This document shows positions 1 to 11,033 of a stretch of 64,000 nt of DNA, piece by piece. The notes beneath the pieces were generated by a model that was not told the DNA's origin, did no database searches, and was given only the letters and a program-made list of their open reading frames with translations. The DNA comes from Planctomycetota bacterium. Lineage in GTDB: Bacteria > Planctomycetota > B15-G4 > JADJEK01. Positions within the stretch are counted from its first letter, which is position 1. The number at the start of each line of letters is the position of its first letter. Made by a program: the position numbers and the translations under genes. The stretch spans positions 33,833 to 97,832 of the forward strand of contig JBGAIQ010000021.1 of the NCBI GenBank assembly GCA_044225365.1, given 5' to 3'.

Positions 1-2
1 GC

Positions 3-845
3 GGGCTTTCGAGGAGGCCGGACGTTGCCATCCTCACCAACGTGTTCCCCGTCCACATCGATCGCCACGGGACGTTTCAGGACTATCGCGAGGCGAAGCG
101 CGAGGTGCTCGAAGGTGCGAAATGCGCCGTTCTGAACGCGGACGACCTCGAATCGAGGAGCCTCGGCGAAGCGTTCCAGGGCCGCAAGGTGTACTTCTCG
201 ACGAGCAGCGGCGGAGAGGTTCCGCGAGAAACGTATCGATTCCTCGGCGACACGCTCGTCGCGGCGGACGGCGCGACGCTCCTGCGTCGAATGGACCTCC
301 GGGTGCCGGGACTCCACAACGTCGCGAACGTGCTCGCGGCCTTCGCCGCCGCCGATCTTCTTGGCATCCCGCGCGAGGCCTCGCGGGACGCGGCCGCCGA
401 TTTCCGTGGGGTGGAGCATCGCCTCGAACTCGTCGTCGAGCGGGATGGAATCCGCTACGTGAACGACTCGATCGCGACGACTCCGCAATCGGCGATCGCG
501 GCCCTCGAAGCCCTCGCGGTCGATGGAACCGGCGTCGTGCTGATCGTCGGCGGCAAGGACTCACCGTTCGATTTGTCGAAGCTCGCCGAGGTCGTCGTGG
601 CGAAGGCGAAAGCCGTGTTCGGAATCGGTGAGACCGGCGAGAGAGTGGTGGCGGCGATCCGGGAGCGGGAGGCGGGTTTTCCCGCGTGCTTCGTGTCCGA
701 TCTGGAGTCGGCCATGAAGGCCGCGCGCGGTGCGGCCCGCGCGGGAGACGTGGTCGTCTTGTCGCCCGCTTTTCCGTCCTTCGATCAGTTCAAGAACTTC
801 AAGGATCGCGGCGAGAGCTTCAAACGGCTGGCACGCGGCGCGTAG
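3..845 (+). CDS. murD: UDP-N-acetylmuramoyl-L-alanine:D-glutamate ligase, 5'-truncated by the window edge
   Basis: Frame is open from the window start. Motifs H-I-D-R-H, GVEHRLE, YVNDSIATT, GGKD and VVLSPAFPSFDQFKNFKDRG are typical of MurD. Confidence 0.93.
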   Translation, partial: GLSRRPDVAILTNVFPVHIDRHGTFQDYREAKREVLEGAKCAVLNADDLESRSLGEAFQGRKVYFSTSSGGEVPRETYRFLGDTLVAADGATLLRRMDLRVPGLHNVANVLAAFAAADLLGIPREASRDAAADFRGVEHRLELVVERDGIRYVNDSIATTPQSAIAALEALAVDGTGVVLIVGGKDSPFDLSKLAEVVVAKAKAVFGIGETGERVVAAIREREAGFPACFVSDLESAMKAARGAARAGDVVVLSPAFPSFDQFKNFKDRGESFKRLARGA

Positions 846-1008
846 AACGGGTATTTCCAGCGAAGATCCCGGCGTTGCGTGGGCGTCCTGTTCGCGTAGC
901 ATTGAGATCAAGATCGCCGAGGACGTGGCTCGATATCTCGGTGATCGAGTGGCATCTTCCGACTCGAACGCGCAGGCGCTCGTTTTCATCACGAACGAGA
1001 CGCGACGT

Positions 1009-1575
1009 ATGAGCAACATCTGTCAACACTGCAAGCAGCACCGCGCGACGGTTCATCTCACGGAGATCGACCCGGACAGCAACGAGCCGCACGAGATGCA
1101 CTTGTGCGAGGGGTGCGCGCGTGAGACGGGCGCCATCGTTCCGCTCCAGGGCCCTCTGCTCTCGACGGCCGCGACGGTCGCGACGCTCGCGTCGAGCCTG
1201 CTCTCGGGCGCTGCGGAGAAGGTCGAAGGCAAGCGTGGCGGAGCGCGGCGCGTCACCTGCGCCCAATGTGGAATGAGCTACCAGGAATTCCGTGTGAAGG
1301 GCCGCTTCGGCTGCGCGAAGTGCTACGACGCCTTCGAAGACGGCCTCGTCACGCTGCTCGAGAAGGTCCACGGCTCGAGTCAATACGTCGGCGAGTATCC
1401 GCAAGGCGTCCTGAAGACAGAGCGCACCAACGCGGCGATCGAGCAGGAGCTCATGGACCTGCGACGACGCCTCACCCTCGTGATCAAGAACGAGGAGTAC
1501 GAGGAAGCCGCGCGCGTCCGCGACCGCATCCAGGAGCTCGAGAAGCTCCAGACCGGGCGGGCGAGCGATGCCTGA
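1009..1575 (+). CDS. mcsA: McsA, activator of protein-arginine kinase (CxxC motifs plus UVR domain)
   Basis: CQHC, HLCEGCA, CAQCG, GRFGCAKCY and C-terminal EEYEEAARVRDRI. Overlaps mcsB. Start moved to ATG 1009. Confidence 0.92.
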   Translation: MSNICQHCKQHRATVHLTEIDPDSNEPHEMHLCEGCARETGAIVPLQGPLLSTAATVATLASSLLSGAAEKVEGKRGGARRVTCAQCGMSYQEFRVKGRFGCAKCYDAFEDGLVTLLEKVHGSSQYVGEYPQGVLKTERTNAAIEQELMDLRRRLTLVIKNEEYEEAARVRDRIQELEKLQTGRASDA

Positions 1576-2620
1576 CGAGATCCCGAAGGTCCGGCTCGGA
1601 CGCTGGCTCGAAGGATCGGGTCCAGATTCCGACGTCGTCGTGTCGGCCCGGATTCGCGTCGCGCGGAACGTTCAGGGCTTTCCGCTGAAGGCGCGTCTCA
1701 CGGAAACCGACGAGCGCGCGCTGTGCGATCACCTCGAAGGGAAGCTGGCGGAATCCTCCCTCGCCAAGCGTCTCGAAGTCGTGCGGCTCGACCAGATCGA
1801 CCCGATTGCGCGACTCGTCCTCGTCGAGCGTCACGTCATCAGTCTCGAGCATGCGAACGCGACAGGTCGTCGTAGTGTGGCGAAGGATTCAGAAGAATCC
1901 GTCGCGGTGATGTTGAACGAAGAAGATCACCTCCGGATCCAGGTGATCGGCGCCGGACAGCGAGTCGACGGGTGCTTCGAGGAAGCTCTGAGGCTCCACG
2001 ACGAATTCGCGACCGTGCTTCCGTTCATGTTCCATTCGCGATTCGGGTACCTCACGTCGTGTCCCACCAACGTGGGAACCGGGATGCGAATCTCGGTGAT
2101 GCTGCATCTCCCGGCGCTCGTCTTCACGAAGCAGATCGACAAGTTCTTCAACGCCGTGGCGAAGATGAACCTCGCCGTACGCGGCTTTTACGGCGAAGGC
2201 ACGAAGGCGCTGTCGGATTTCTACCAGGTGTCGAACCAGGTCACGCTCGGCAAGAGTCCCGCGGCGCTCCTCGACTCCGTGAAACAGATCCTCCCGAAGA
2301 TCGTCGAGTTCGAGCGGGCCGTGCGCAAGCAGCTCCTCGAGTCGGATCGGGTGATGATGGAAGACCGACTCTGGCGCGCCTACGGCACGTTGAAGCACGC
2401 TCGCTCGATCTCGAGCGAGGAGGCATTCGAATTGCTGTCGTTTGCGAGGATGGGCGTGCATGCGCATGTCTATCCCGATCTCGACATCCAGAAGATCAAT
2501 CAACTGTTCATGCTGGTTCAGCCGGGCCACCTTCAGACGCTGCACGGCGGCTCTTCGCTGGAACCGAGCAAACGCGACATCCTGCGTGCGGCGTGTATCC
2601 GGCAGTCGCTCGGGTCCTGA
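1568..2620 (+). CDS. mcsB: Protein-arginine kinase McsB
   Basis: SARIRVARN, NEEDHLRIQ, GYLTSCPTNVGTGMR and YQVSNQVTLG (ATP:guanido phosphotransferase motifs). Lies between mcsA and clpC. Confidence 0.95.
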   Translation: MPDEIPKVRLGRWLEGSGPDSDVVVSARIRVARNVQGFPLKARLTETDERALCDHLEGKLAESSLAKRLEVVRLDQIDPIARLVLVERHVISLEHANATGRRSVAKDSEESVAVMLNEEDHLRIQVIGAGQRVDGCFEEALRLHDEFATVLPFMFHSRFGYLTSCPTNVGTGMRISVMLHLPALVFTKQIDKFFNAVAKMNLAVRGFYGEGTKALSDFYQVSNQVTLGKSPAALLDSVKQILPKIVEFERAVRKQLLESDRVMMEDRLWRAYGTLKHARSISSEEAFELLSFARMGVHAHVYPDLDIQKINQLFMLVQPGHLQTLHGGSSLEPSKRDILRAACIRQSLGS

Positions 2621-2761
2621 ATCGGAGGGTCTGGCTTTCGCGTCGGCGGTGTCCAGAATTCCTCACGAAAGCGAAGAGCAACGGCCGAAACGAGATCTAC
2701 CGTTCGATCCGCAGCCGCCTAGAGTGGCTCTGGCAGTTTTGCGCACCTGAGGTGAGAGTCC

Positions 2762-5278
2762 ATGTTTGATCGCTTTACCGACCGCGCTCGCAAGGTGATG
2801 AATCTCGCCAAGCAGGAAGCGCAGCGACTGAACCACGAGTACATCGGGACCGAGCACATCCTCCTGGGACTGATCCAGGAAGGCAGTGGTGTCGCGGCGT
2901 CCGTGCTGAAGAACCTCGGGGTCGATCTGAAGAAGATCCGCAACGAGATCGAGAAGATCGTGAAGGGTAGCCCCACGATGGTCTCGATGAGCACGCTGCC
3001 CTTCACCCCGCGAGCCAAGAAGGTGCTCGAGCTCGCGCTCGAGGAAGCCTCCCAGCTCGGTCACAACTACATCGGCACCGAACACCTCCTCCTCGGCCTC
3101 ATCAAGGAGAACGAGGGCATCGCGGCGCGCGTCCTCACCAACCTCGGCGTCAAGCTCGAAGAGGTTCGTGAAGAAGTGCTCGAGTTCCTCGGTGCGGACG
3201 TTCAGCAGGAGACCGAAGAGGAAGAGCCGACGAGCATCACGGGCGGCGCTCCGCAGGCCGGCCAGCAGGAGCAGGGACCCAAGTCGAAGACGCCCGCGCT
3301 CAATGCCTTCGGCCGCGACCTCACGCAGCTCGCGCGCGAGAACAAGCTCGACCCCGTGATCGGCCGCGCGAACGAGATCGAGCGCGTGATCCAGATCCTC
3401 TCGCGCCGCACGAAGAACAACCCCGTCCTCCTCGGCGAAGCGGGCGTCGGCAAGACGGCGATCGTCGAAGGCCTCGCGCAGAACATCGTGAAGGGCCAGG
3501 TGCCCGAGCTGCTGCGCGACAAGCGGATCGTCGTGCTCGACCTCGCGATGATGGTCGCCGGTACGAAGTACCGAGGTCAGTTCGAAGAGCGCATCAAGGC
3601 GGTCATGACCGAAGTTCGCCGCGCGCGCAACATCATCCTCTTCATCGACGAGCTCCACACGCTCGTCGGAGCCGGCGGCGCGGAGGGCGCGATCGACGCG
3701 TCCAACGTGCTGAAGCCCGCACTTGCTCGCGGCGAGGTGCAGTGCATCGGCGCGACGACCCTCGACGAGTTCCGCAAGTACATCGAGAAGGATGGCGCCC
3801 TCGAGCGCCGTTTCCAGACGATCATCGTCGAACCACCCGATCGCGATCAGGCGATCGAGATCCTGAAGGGTCTGCGCGACAAGTACGAAGCGCATCACCG
3901 CGTTCAGATCACCGACGGCGCGCTCGAACTCGCGGTCGAGCTCAGCAATCGCTACATCACGGGCCGCTTCCTGCCGGACAAGGCGATCGACGTCATCGAC
4001 GAAGCGGGCGCGCGCGTTCGCCTGAAGGCGCTGACGCAGCCGCCCGATCTCAAGGATCTCGAGGCCGACATCAGCAAGCTCGAGAAGGACAAGGAAGAGG
4101 CGGTCGCGTCGCAGGACTTCGAGAAGGCCGCGTCGATGCGCGATCAGGCCGAGAAGCTCCGCAACAAGCGCGACCAGATCCTCAAGGAATGGCGCAGCTC
4201 GAGCAAGGAAGTCGACGGCACGGTCGACGAGGACGTCATCAGCGAGACCGTTTCGAAGATCACGGGGATCCCGCTGCAGCGCCTCGGCAAGGACGAGGCC
4301 GAACGGCTCCTCCGCATGGAGAAGGTGCTCCACGAGAACGTCGTGTCGCAGGACTCGGCGATCGCGGTGATCGCGAAGGCCGTTCGTCGGTCGCGGTCGG
4401 GGCTGAAGGATCCGCGACGACCGATGGGTTCGTTCCTGTTCCTCGGTCCGACGGGCGTCGGCAAGACGCACCTCGCGAAGCAACTCGCGAAGTTCCTCTT
4501 CGGTTCGCAGGACGCCCTCATCCAGGTCGACATGTCCGAGTACATGGAGAAGCACAACGTCAGCCGCCTCGTCGGCGCGCCTCCGGGCTACGTGGGCTTC
4601 GAAGAGGGCGGCCAGCTCACCGAGAAGGTGCGTCGCCGTCCGTACGCGGTCGTGCTCCTCGACGAGATCGAGAAGGCTCACCCCGACGTCTACAACATGC
4701 TGCTTCAGATCATGGAAGAAGGCTGCCTGACCGACTCGTTCGGCCGGCGCGTCGACTTCAAGAACGTGATCCTGATCCTCACGTCGAACATCGGCGCGAG
4801 CATCATCAAGAACCAGACCTCGCTTGGGTTCGTGAAGGCCTCCGACCAGAAGAACTACGAACGCATGCGTTCGAACCTGATGGTCGAGGTCGAGAAGTAC
4901 TTCCGCCCCGAGTTCCTGAATCGCCTCGACGAAGTCATCGTCTTCGAGCCGCTCGCCGACATCCACATGAAGCAGATCCTCGGGATCCAGTTGAAGGATC
5001 TCCGCGATCGCCTGAAGTCGAAGGAGATGACGCTCGAGCTGAGCGCCGAAGCCGAGAAGTTCGTGATCGACCAAGGCACGAATCTCGACTACGGAGCGCG
5101 TCCACTCCGCCGCTCGGTCGAACGCCTGATCGAAGACCCGCTCTCGGAAGAGATCCTGAAGGGCAACTTCGAGGACGGTGCGCAGATCGTCGTCACCGTC
5201 GTCGAGGACAAGCTGCACTTCGAGTCGGGCAGCGACAGCAAGGGCAAGAAGTCGGAGCCCGTCGGCACGACGACCTGA
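2762..5278 (+). CDS. clpC: ATP-dependent Clp protease ATP-binding subunit ClpC
   Basis: [13 protein letters not shown]-terminal repeats, two Walker A motifs ([16 protein letters not shown]), UVR middle domain, LGF ClpP-docking loop and GARPLRR. Confidence 0.96.
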   Translation: MFDRFTDRARKVMNLAKQEAQRLNHEYIGTEHILLGLIQEGSGVAASVLKNLGVDLKKIRNEIEKIVKGSPTMVSMSTLPFTPRAKKVLELALEEASQLGHNYIGTEHLLLGLIKENEGIAARVLTNLGVKLEEVREEVLEFLGADVQQETEEEEPTSITGGAPQAGQQEQGPKSKTPALNAFGRDLTQLARENKLDPVIGRANEIERVIQILSRRTKNNPVLLGEAGVGKTAIVEGLAQNIVKGQVPELLRDKRIVVLDLAMMVAGTKYRGQFEERIKAVMTEVRRARNIILFIDELHTLVGAGGAEGAIDASNVLKPALARGEVQCIGATTLDEFRKYIEKDGALERRFQTIIVEPPDRDQAIEILKGLRDKYEAHHRVQITDGALELAVELSNRYITGRFLPDKAIDVIDEAGARVRLKALTQPPDLKDLEADISKLEKDKEEAVASQDFEKAASMRDQAEKLRNKRDQILKEWRSSSKEVDGTVDEDVISETVSKITGIPLQRLGKDEAERLLRMEKVLHENVVSQDSAIAVIAKAVRRSRSGLKDPRRPMGSFLFLGPTGVGKTHLAKQLAKFLFGSQDALIQVDMSEYMEKHNVSRLVGAPPGYVGFEEGGQLTEKVRRRPYAVVLLDEIEKAHPDVYNMLLQIMEEGCLTDSFGRRVDFKNVILILTSNIGASIIKNQTSLGFVKASDQKNYERMRSNLMVEVEKYFRPEFLNRLDEVIVFEPLADIHMKQILGIQLKDLRDRLKSKEMTLELSAEAEKFVIDQGTNLDYGARPLRRSVERLIEDPLSEEILKGNFEDGAQIVVTVVEDKLHFESGSDSKGKKSEPVGTTT

Positions 5279-5349
5279 ATCGTTCGCGATTCCCCCGCCT
5301 GATCGAGAGGGCTGACGCCGAAACCACGGCGCCAGCCTTCTTCACTGCA

Positions 5350-5595
5350 TCAGCGAATGGATTTCACGATCCAGATCACGAGCACCGTGCCGCCCGTGGC
5401 GAGCAGGATGTGGCCGAGGAGGGACGTCGCGGGGAGGCCGATCTTCGGTCCCACCCAACCTCCGAGAATCGCGCCGAGGCAGCCGAGCAGGAGCGTGCCC
5501 ACGAGTCGCGGGCGCGGGACCTTGAGTAGCGCGGTCGCGAGCAACCCGGCGACGAGCCCGGTGACGAGGAAGATCAAAAGGCTTTCGACGTCCAC
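5350..5595 (-). CDS. GlsB/YeaQ/YmgE-family small membrane protein
   Basis: 81 aa with three hydrophobic segments and the pattern GLVAGLLA...LLLGCLGAILGGWV. GTG start at 5595 inferred. Confidence 0.75.
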   Translation of the reverse strand: MDVESLLIFLVTGLVAGLLATALLKVPRPRLVGTLLLGCLGAILGGWVGPKIGLPATSLLGHILLATGGTVLVIWIVKSIR

Positions 5596-5626
5596 GCGAC
5601 GACTCCGATGCGATGCGGTTGCGTTC

Positions 5627-7627
5627 CTACAAGGAAAGGTCCGGAAGTCGCGTCGCACCATTGCGATCGACCCGGAGCAGCTCGATCCTATCACCGCGTA
5701 ACGACGCCACCATCAGCGTCGGAGCCGAACCGTCTTTCGACGGAACGATCGCGAGCGATGGTCCCGGGCGGCGCGCTTCCACGTGCGGCGCACCGAGCGG
5801 GAAGAGGAAGCGCGGTGAGTCGCTCCCGTCGATGACGAATGCGGGTGGTCGACAGACGAAGAGCGTCGGCGCTGACCCGTCGACCTCGAGGAATGCGAGA
5901 AGGCTCGACGTGGCGGGGATGCCGAACTCGAGTTCGCGATCGAGCGCGAACTTCCCATTGCCCAACAATCGGAAAGCGGTGGGTCGGTTCGACGCCGCGC
6001 CCGTCACGAGAAGATGCTCGACGCCACTCGATTTCGACCGCGCGACGCCGATCGGCCGTCCCGGGTCGAGCGGCAGAGCGAGCCGAGCGAGCAAGGACGC
6101 GCGGTCGTCGAGGAGCAGGCAGTACGGAGCGGTGAGCGGCCCGAAGTCGACGAGGTACTCCGGCCGACCGTCGCCGCGAAGATCGACGGGGGTCACGCGG
6201 AACCACTCGAACGTCGCGGGCAGGTCGAGCTGCTGGCGTGGCAAGGTGCCCGCCGTGCCGTCGAGCTTCGCGGAGGCGACGACGAACTCGCCCTTCGTCG
6301 TCCGACCGCAGACCAGGATCTCGTCCTGGAAGATCGGGAGCGCGGAGACTTGGAGCGGTCGATCGGGCGGATCGAGCGTGCTCTCGATCGTCGACCAGTC
6401 GCCGCGACCAGGATCGAGGACTCCGAGCAGCACCTTTCCCTCCGCGACGCAGGCGACGATGAGATCGTCGCTCGTACTCCCGGCGCGCCTCAGCGGCGCG
6501 ATCGCGGGGAGCGAGATCGTCGAGGGCTGCGCTGCATTCGTGGGAAGGAGGACCGAGTCGGGCAGCGCTTTCGTGGCCATGAGGCCGTTGCGGAGTTCGA
6601 TGGCGAAGCGGTGGAGTCCGATGGGATTGAGGTGGATCGAATCGGGCCCGGGAAGTGGATTCGAATACAGCTCGACCGGATTGTCGTTCGCGAGTGCCGC
6701 TCTCAGATCGACGCACGCAATCGAATCCCTAGCGCAGCGATCGACGATCGCGCGGGCCTGTTGATCGAGCCTTCGCGCTTGCTCGAGGATGTAGCCGTCT
6801 CGCGATCGATCGACTTTGGCGAGCGAGCCCTCGCGGAATCCATTCGGCTGGGTGATCGCGACGAACTTGCTTCCACGGCGCTCGCAGAGCTCGGCAGCGC
6901 GAAAGACGATGTCGGCGTACGCATCGGCACTCACGCGTTCGGGTACCGCCGAGGCGGAGAAGCCGAGGAACGAACGCCGCTTTCCCACGATCCAGCGCTC
7001 GACGAACCGTCCGAGGCGGAATCGACACGCTTCGAAGTGCAGCTTGCCGAGGAGAGTGGATCGGGCGTTCGCGATCTGTTCGTCCGTTGGGCCGTTCCCG
7101 AGCGCATCCTTCGCGTTGTTGTAGCCGAAGCAGAACGTGACGAGGTCCGGCGAGTAGGCGATCAACTCACGTTCGAGGAAGGCGAGCCCTTGGACTGCGG
7201 AGAAACCCGGGACGCCCGCATTCATGATCTCGACGCGCTTGCCGTCGATTCGACTCGGGAGGACCGAACGCAGTTCGTCCGGGTACGACGTGAAGTTGCC
7301 AAAAGCCGTCGAGTCGCCGACGCAGATGATTCGATATACGTCCTTCGGCTTGTCGCGCGCGGGGAGATCGCCTCGCAGGCCGAGTTCGTTCGTGGTGAAC
7401 GAGAGTCCATTGAGATCGAAGTGCTGGTTCGGCGCGAGCCGCCAGAACAACTCGCGGTCTTCGATCGTCGCATTGCGCATCGGATCGGACTTGCCGAAGC
7501 TGAGCTGGAGTGGCCCCGACCCGTCGAAGTCGAGCCGATACAGGGCGAACTCCGCGCTGCAAAGCAGGAGCAGGGGCGTCGCCACGGCGATCGCGAGTTT
7601 CGATCCGAGGTTGTGCGGTAGTCTCAT
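5627..7627 (-). CDS. Membrane-anchored SGNH/GDSL hydrolase with a C-terminal beta-rich (FG-GAP-like) region
   Basis: GDSTAFG, NAGVPG, GYNN and DSIH SGNH blocks. N-terminal TM segment. DLRGDGRPEYLV in the C-terminal part. Confidence 0.8.
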   Translation of the reverse strand: MRLPHNLGSKLAIAVATPLLLLCSAEFALYRLDFDGSGPLQLSFGKSDPMRNATIEDRELFWRLAPNQHFDLNGLSFTTNELGLRGDLPARDKPKDVYRIICVGDSTAFGNFTSYPDELRSVLPSRIDGKRVEIMNAGVPGFSAVQGLAFLERELIAYSPDLVTFCFGYNNAKDALGNGPTDEQIANARSTLLGKLHFEACRFRLGRFVERWIVGKRRSFLGFSASAVPERVSADAYADIVFRAAELCERRGSKFVAITQPNGFREGSLAKVDRSRDGYILEQARRLDQQARAIVDRCARDSIACVDLRAALANDNPVELYSNPLPGPDSIHLNPIGLHRFAIELRNGLMATKALPDSVLLPTNAAQPSTISLPAIAPLRRAGSTSDDLIVACVAEGKVLLGVLDPGRGDWSTIESTLDPPDRPLQVSALPIFQDEILVCGRTTKGEFVVASAKLDGTAGTLPRQQLDLPATFEWFRVTPVDLRGDGRPEYLVDFGPLTAPYCLLLDDRASLLARLALPLDPGRPIGVARSKSSGVEHLLVTGAASNRPTAFRLLGNGKFALDRELEFGIPATSSLLAFLEVDGSAPTLFVCRPPAFVIDGSDSPRFLFPLGAPHVEARRPGPSLAIVPSKDGSAPTLMVASLRGDRIELLRVDRNGATRLPDLSL

Positions 7628-7710
7628 CCGACCTCGGAAGGAGGATACAAGAAGACGCGCCCGATCGTTAAAACCGCACCGACTCCGTCGATGGGGAGTC
7701 TCTTCCAACC

Positions 7711-8910
7711 GTGCGAAATCTCATCTCCCACGTCTCCTCGGCCTACAAAGGCCTGCCGAGCGCCGCTTGGCGCCTTGCGTTCGCTGCTGCGATCAATCGC
7801 AGCGGCACGATGGTGCTGCCGTTCCTTGCGATGTACTTGACCGAGAAGCGCGGATACACGCCGTTCGAGGCCGGACGGCTTCAGTCGATCTACGGAATCG
7901 CCGCGATCGCCGGCACGTGGCTCGGAGGAGCGCTCTCGGATCGGATCGGCGCGAAGCGAGTTCAGATCTCGTCGCTCGTTTCGACCTCCGTGTTCTTCCT
8001 CGTCTTCTCGCAGCTCACGTCGACCTGGGCGATCGCCCTCACGTTGTTCGTGCTCGGGGTGAGCAACGAGTCGCTACGCCCCGCCAACCTGACGGCCGTC
8101 TCCCTCATCGCGAATGAAGAAGTCCGCACCCGCTGCCTCGCGCTCCTTCGGCTCGCCGTCAACTTCGGTGTCACGTTCGGATGGCTCATCGGCGGCTCGC
8201 TCGCGGAATACGGCTTCAAGCCGCTGTTCTTCGTCGATGCCGCGACGTGTCTCATCGCGATGATGGTCATTCGGACGCTCGAGATCCCGCACGAGCCGCG
8301 CCCGAAGGGTCAGCGCCCGCGCTGGCTCTCATTGCATCCGTTCCGCGATCGATGGTTCGTCGCGGCGAGTTTGCTCTTCGTGGTGCTCGCCATCGTGCTG
8401 TTCCAGATGGACAGCTCGCTACCGATCTACATGCGAAGCGAATACGGCGTTTCGAAGCGAGGTTTCGCCACGTTGATCGCCATCAACACGATCCTCGTCT
8501 CGACGCTCGAGATGAGCCTCGTGAAGCGCCTCGAGAAGGAGCGACCGTTGCCCCTCGTCGGAATCGGCGGTCTCTTGCTGTGCGTCGGATTGGGAATCCT
8601 GCCGTTCGGTCGAAGCTACGGCTATGCGGCGTTCGCGATCGTGATCCTCACGTTCGGCGAGATGCTGTGGGCGCCGTTCATGACGAGCTTCGTCGCGCAC
8701 CGATCGCCTCCGCAACTGCGAGGGCAATACATGGGCGTATACTCACAGCTCATCGCTCTCGCGCAAGCCTTCGCGCCGGCGATCGGAACCGCGTTGTATA
8801 CGTTCCATCCCGAGCTGCCGTGGTGGACCTGCCTCGCGCTCGGGCCGGTCCTGCTCGTGGGATTCAAGGCGATCGGAACGCGGGTCGCGAGCGAGCCCGC
8901 GCCCATTTGA
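7711..8910 (+). CDS. MFS transporter
   Basis: About 12 hydrophobic segments, motif A GGALSDRIGAKR, and PPQLRGQYMG. Confidence 0.92.
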   Translation: MRNLISHVSSAYKGLPSAAWRLAFAAAINRSGTMVLPFLAMYLTEKRGYTPFEAGRLQSIYGIAAIAGTWLGGALSDRIGAKRVQISSLVSTSVFFLVFSQLTSTWAIALTLFVLGVSNESLRPANLTAVSLIANEEVRTRCLALLRLAVNFGVTFGWLIGGSLAEYGFKPLFFVDAATCLIAMMVIRTLEIPHEPRPKGQRPRWLSLHPFRDRWFVAASLLFVVLAIVLFQMDSSLPIYMRSEYGVSKRGFATLIAINTILVSTLEMSLVKRLEKERPLPLVGIGGLLLCVGLGILPFGRSYGYAAFAIVILTFGEMLWAPFMTSFVAHRSPPQLRGQYMGVYSQLIALAQAFAPAIGTALYTFHPELPWWTCLALGPVLLVGFKAIGTRVASEPAPI

Positions 8911-8922
8911 CGGCGGTCGATC

Positions 8923-11013
8923 TCAGGGAGCCTGACCGGCTCCCGGGACGACTCGCGCGCAGAAACCGAATTCGCCGTTGCCTTGGTTCACCTTGATGAG
9001 GAGCGTGTTCTTTCCGGCCTTCAGGGTGACGTCGATGCTGTCCTCATCGATGTGAACGCCGCGATCGACGTTCTTCGCGAACTTGAATTCGCCGTTCACC
9101 CACACCGCGCAGCCGTCGTCGCTGCCGACCTTCACCTGGGCGGGGCCTTGATCGGCGTCGAACTCGCAATACGCGTAGGCGCAGCAATCGTCGTGGGGGT
9201 TCATGAGCGGGCGCAGATCGATGATCCCGTCGAACGTTGCGAGGTTGATCGGATGCCAGGCGACGGGGCCGTTCTTGCCCTCGACGCGCGCGGAAAGATC
9301 GACCTTGTCGCCAAAGGGATGCGTTTCGAAATCCGCGTCGGTCGCGTGCTTCAACGGCCCGATGATCTGCCAGTCGGAGAGGAACCCGGCCTTCTTGAGC
9401 AGCGACGAAGGATCGCCGCCGAGCTTCTTCACACGGTCGAGCGCCGCCTTGCGAACCGAAGTGGACGAGCTGCCGAGATAGGCCTGACCGATCACGTCGA
9501 TCGCGATGGCCTTGTCCTGTTTGCTGAGCGTAGTGCCGAGGACGATCTTCGTCCGGCCTACATCATCGGCAAGTCCCACGTCGCTCGAGAGCGCATCGAT
9601 CCACTCGAGGGCGGTGGGATCCTCGATCCGCTGAACGAGATGCAGGAGGTCGCGACCGACGTGCTGCGAAGGATGCTGGGCGACCATGTCGCGCAGCAGA
9701 TCGAGCGCGGCCTTCTTGTCGTTCGAACCGATCTGGGTCTCGGCGGCAACGAGGCAAGCAGCGTGCGCGGCGTCGCGCTCTTCGCCGGCCTCGTCCTTGG
9801 CGATCGCCAGGAACTCGCGGGCCTGTCCCATCGAGGCCGTCGGCGCCAGGATTCGCATCGCTTCGGCGCGCACTTCGGGAATCGGGTCCTTCAACCCGGC
9901 CGTGAGGACGTCCTCGTGCTGCGGGTCGTTCTTGAAGAGGATTCGCAGAAGCGCGGGACGCAGCGACGGATCGCCTTGCCAGAACGACTCGCGAAGCAGC
10001 GCGATCGTGCCGGATCCCGACAGCGTCAACAGCGCGGTCTCGGCGGCGGCGCGCACGGCCGCATCCTGATCCTTCAGCGCGTTCGCGAGTGCGTCGACGT
10101 TCTCCTTCACCGGCACGGTGAGGCTCGCTTCGACCTTTGCGAGGCCGAGAGCCGCCGCGGATCGGTGGTGCGGCATCGGAGCCGAGAGGAGTTTGGCGTA
10201 GAGCGTCTCCGCCGTCTGCGCGTCGCCCTGCGCGGCTCGACGCTCGGCGAAGATGAGCAGATCATCGACCGTCGCGTTCTTCGTGGGATCGAGAGCCGCG
10301 AGGAGGATGTCCTTGCTCTGCGCGTCGCCGATGCGGGCGAGCGCTTCGCGCGCGGCGGCGGCGTCGACCGGATTCTTGCTCGCGGCGAGTTGCGCGAGCG
10401 GAGCCGCCGCCGAGAGCGCCTTGCGCCGTCCGAGCGAGCGAGCGATGTCGGCCTTGCGATTCGGAAGCGCCGTCGCGAGCGCCGCGATCAACGCGCGTTC
10501 GGCATCCGGGTGAGCGATCATCTCGAGCGCGCGTCGCGCGCCTTCGCGGCCGTCGTCGCGCTCGAGGTGCTTCGCGAGTCGAGCGATCGAAGCGGAGTCG
10601 TTCACGACGAGCCCGAGTTGGCGGAACAATTCGCTCCGCATCGAGCCAGGGAGTTCGGTATCGAGCACGTCGAGGAGCGCGTTGGAGACCGCTGCGCGCT
10701 TGCTCTCGTTGCCCGGCCTCAGCGCGTCGGTGACGAACGCCGCGTAGGCGAGCTGCACGCTGCGGATCTGATCGGGCAGCGCGGGAACGAACGCTTCCGC
10801 GCGAATGAGCGGGATCGCCTCCACGGGCAACTGCGCCGCATTCGCGGCCGCGGCCGAGCGGATCTCGAGGTCGTTCGACTGGAGGCCAGCGAGGAGCGCG
10901 CTCATCTCCTTCGAGAGCGCGTGCGTCTCTTGCTTCTTCTCGGGCGTGGTGCAGGAGGAGAGCGTGACGGCGACGATGAGCGCACTTCGAAGCGAGAGGG
11001 TCTTCATCTTCAT
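8923..11013 (-). CDS. HEAT-repeat lipoprotein with a C-terminal PA14-like beta-sandwich
   Basis: Lipobox-like TLSSC. Repeats such as ALKDQDAAVRAAA and GLKDPIPEVRAEA. C-terminal SDDGCAVWVNG...LKAGKNTLLIKV. Confidence 0.75.
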   Translation of the reverse strand: MKMKTLSLRSALIVAVTLSSCTTPEKKQETHALSKEMSALLAGLQSNDLEIRSAAAANAAQLPVEAIPLIRAEAFVPALPDQIRSVQLAYAAFVTDALRPGNESKRAAVSNALLDVLDTELPGSMRSELFRQLGLVVNDSASIARLAKHLERDDGREGARRALEMIAHPDAERALIAALATALPNRKADIARSLGRRKALSAAAPLAQLAASKNPVDAAAAREALARIGDAQSKDILLAALDPTKNATVDDLLIFAERRAAQGDAQTAETLYAKLLSAPMPHHRSAAALGLAKVEASLTVPVKENVDALANALKDQDAAVRAAAETALLTLSGSGTIALLRESFWQGDPSLRPALLRILFKNDPQHEDVLTAGLKDPIPEVRAEAMRILAPTASMGQAREFLAIAKDEAGEERDAAHAACLVAAETQIGSNDKKAALDLLRDMVAQHPSQHVGRDLLHLVQRIEDPTALEWIDALSSDVGLADDVGRTKIVLGTTLSKQDKAIAIDVIGQAYLGSSSTSVRKAALDRVKKLGGDPSSLLKKAGFLSDWQIIGPLKHATDADFETHPFGDKVDLSARVEGKNGPVAWHPINLATFDGIIDLRPLMNPHDDCCAYAYCEFDADQGPAQVKVGSDDGCAVWVNGEFKFAKNVDRGVHIDEDSIDVTLKAGKNTLLIKVNQGNGEFGFCARVVPGAGQAP

Positions 11014-11033
11014 GGGGTCTCTCCTCGTTCCGA

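Noticed and set aside
846-1008. CIRCE or CtsR operator upstream of mcsA
   Set aside because: Only partial resemblance (tagcattg, agatcaa). No TTAGCACTC-N9-GAGTGCTAA and no GGTCAAA direct repeat.
2663-5218. 851-aa antisense ORF over clpC, and similar long ORFs such as 8983-11265, 18091-20211, 41639-43681 and 54676-56556
   Set aside because: Shadow ORFs expected opposite high-GC3 genes. They have no motifs, and the opposite strand carries a recognisable protein.
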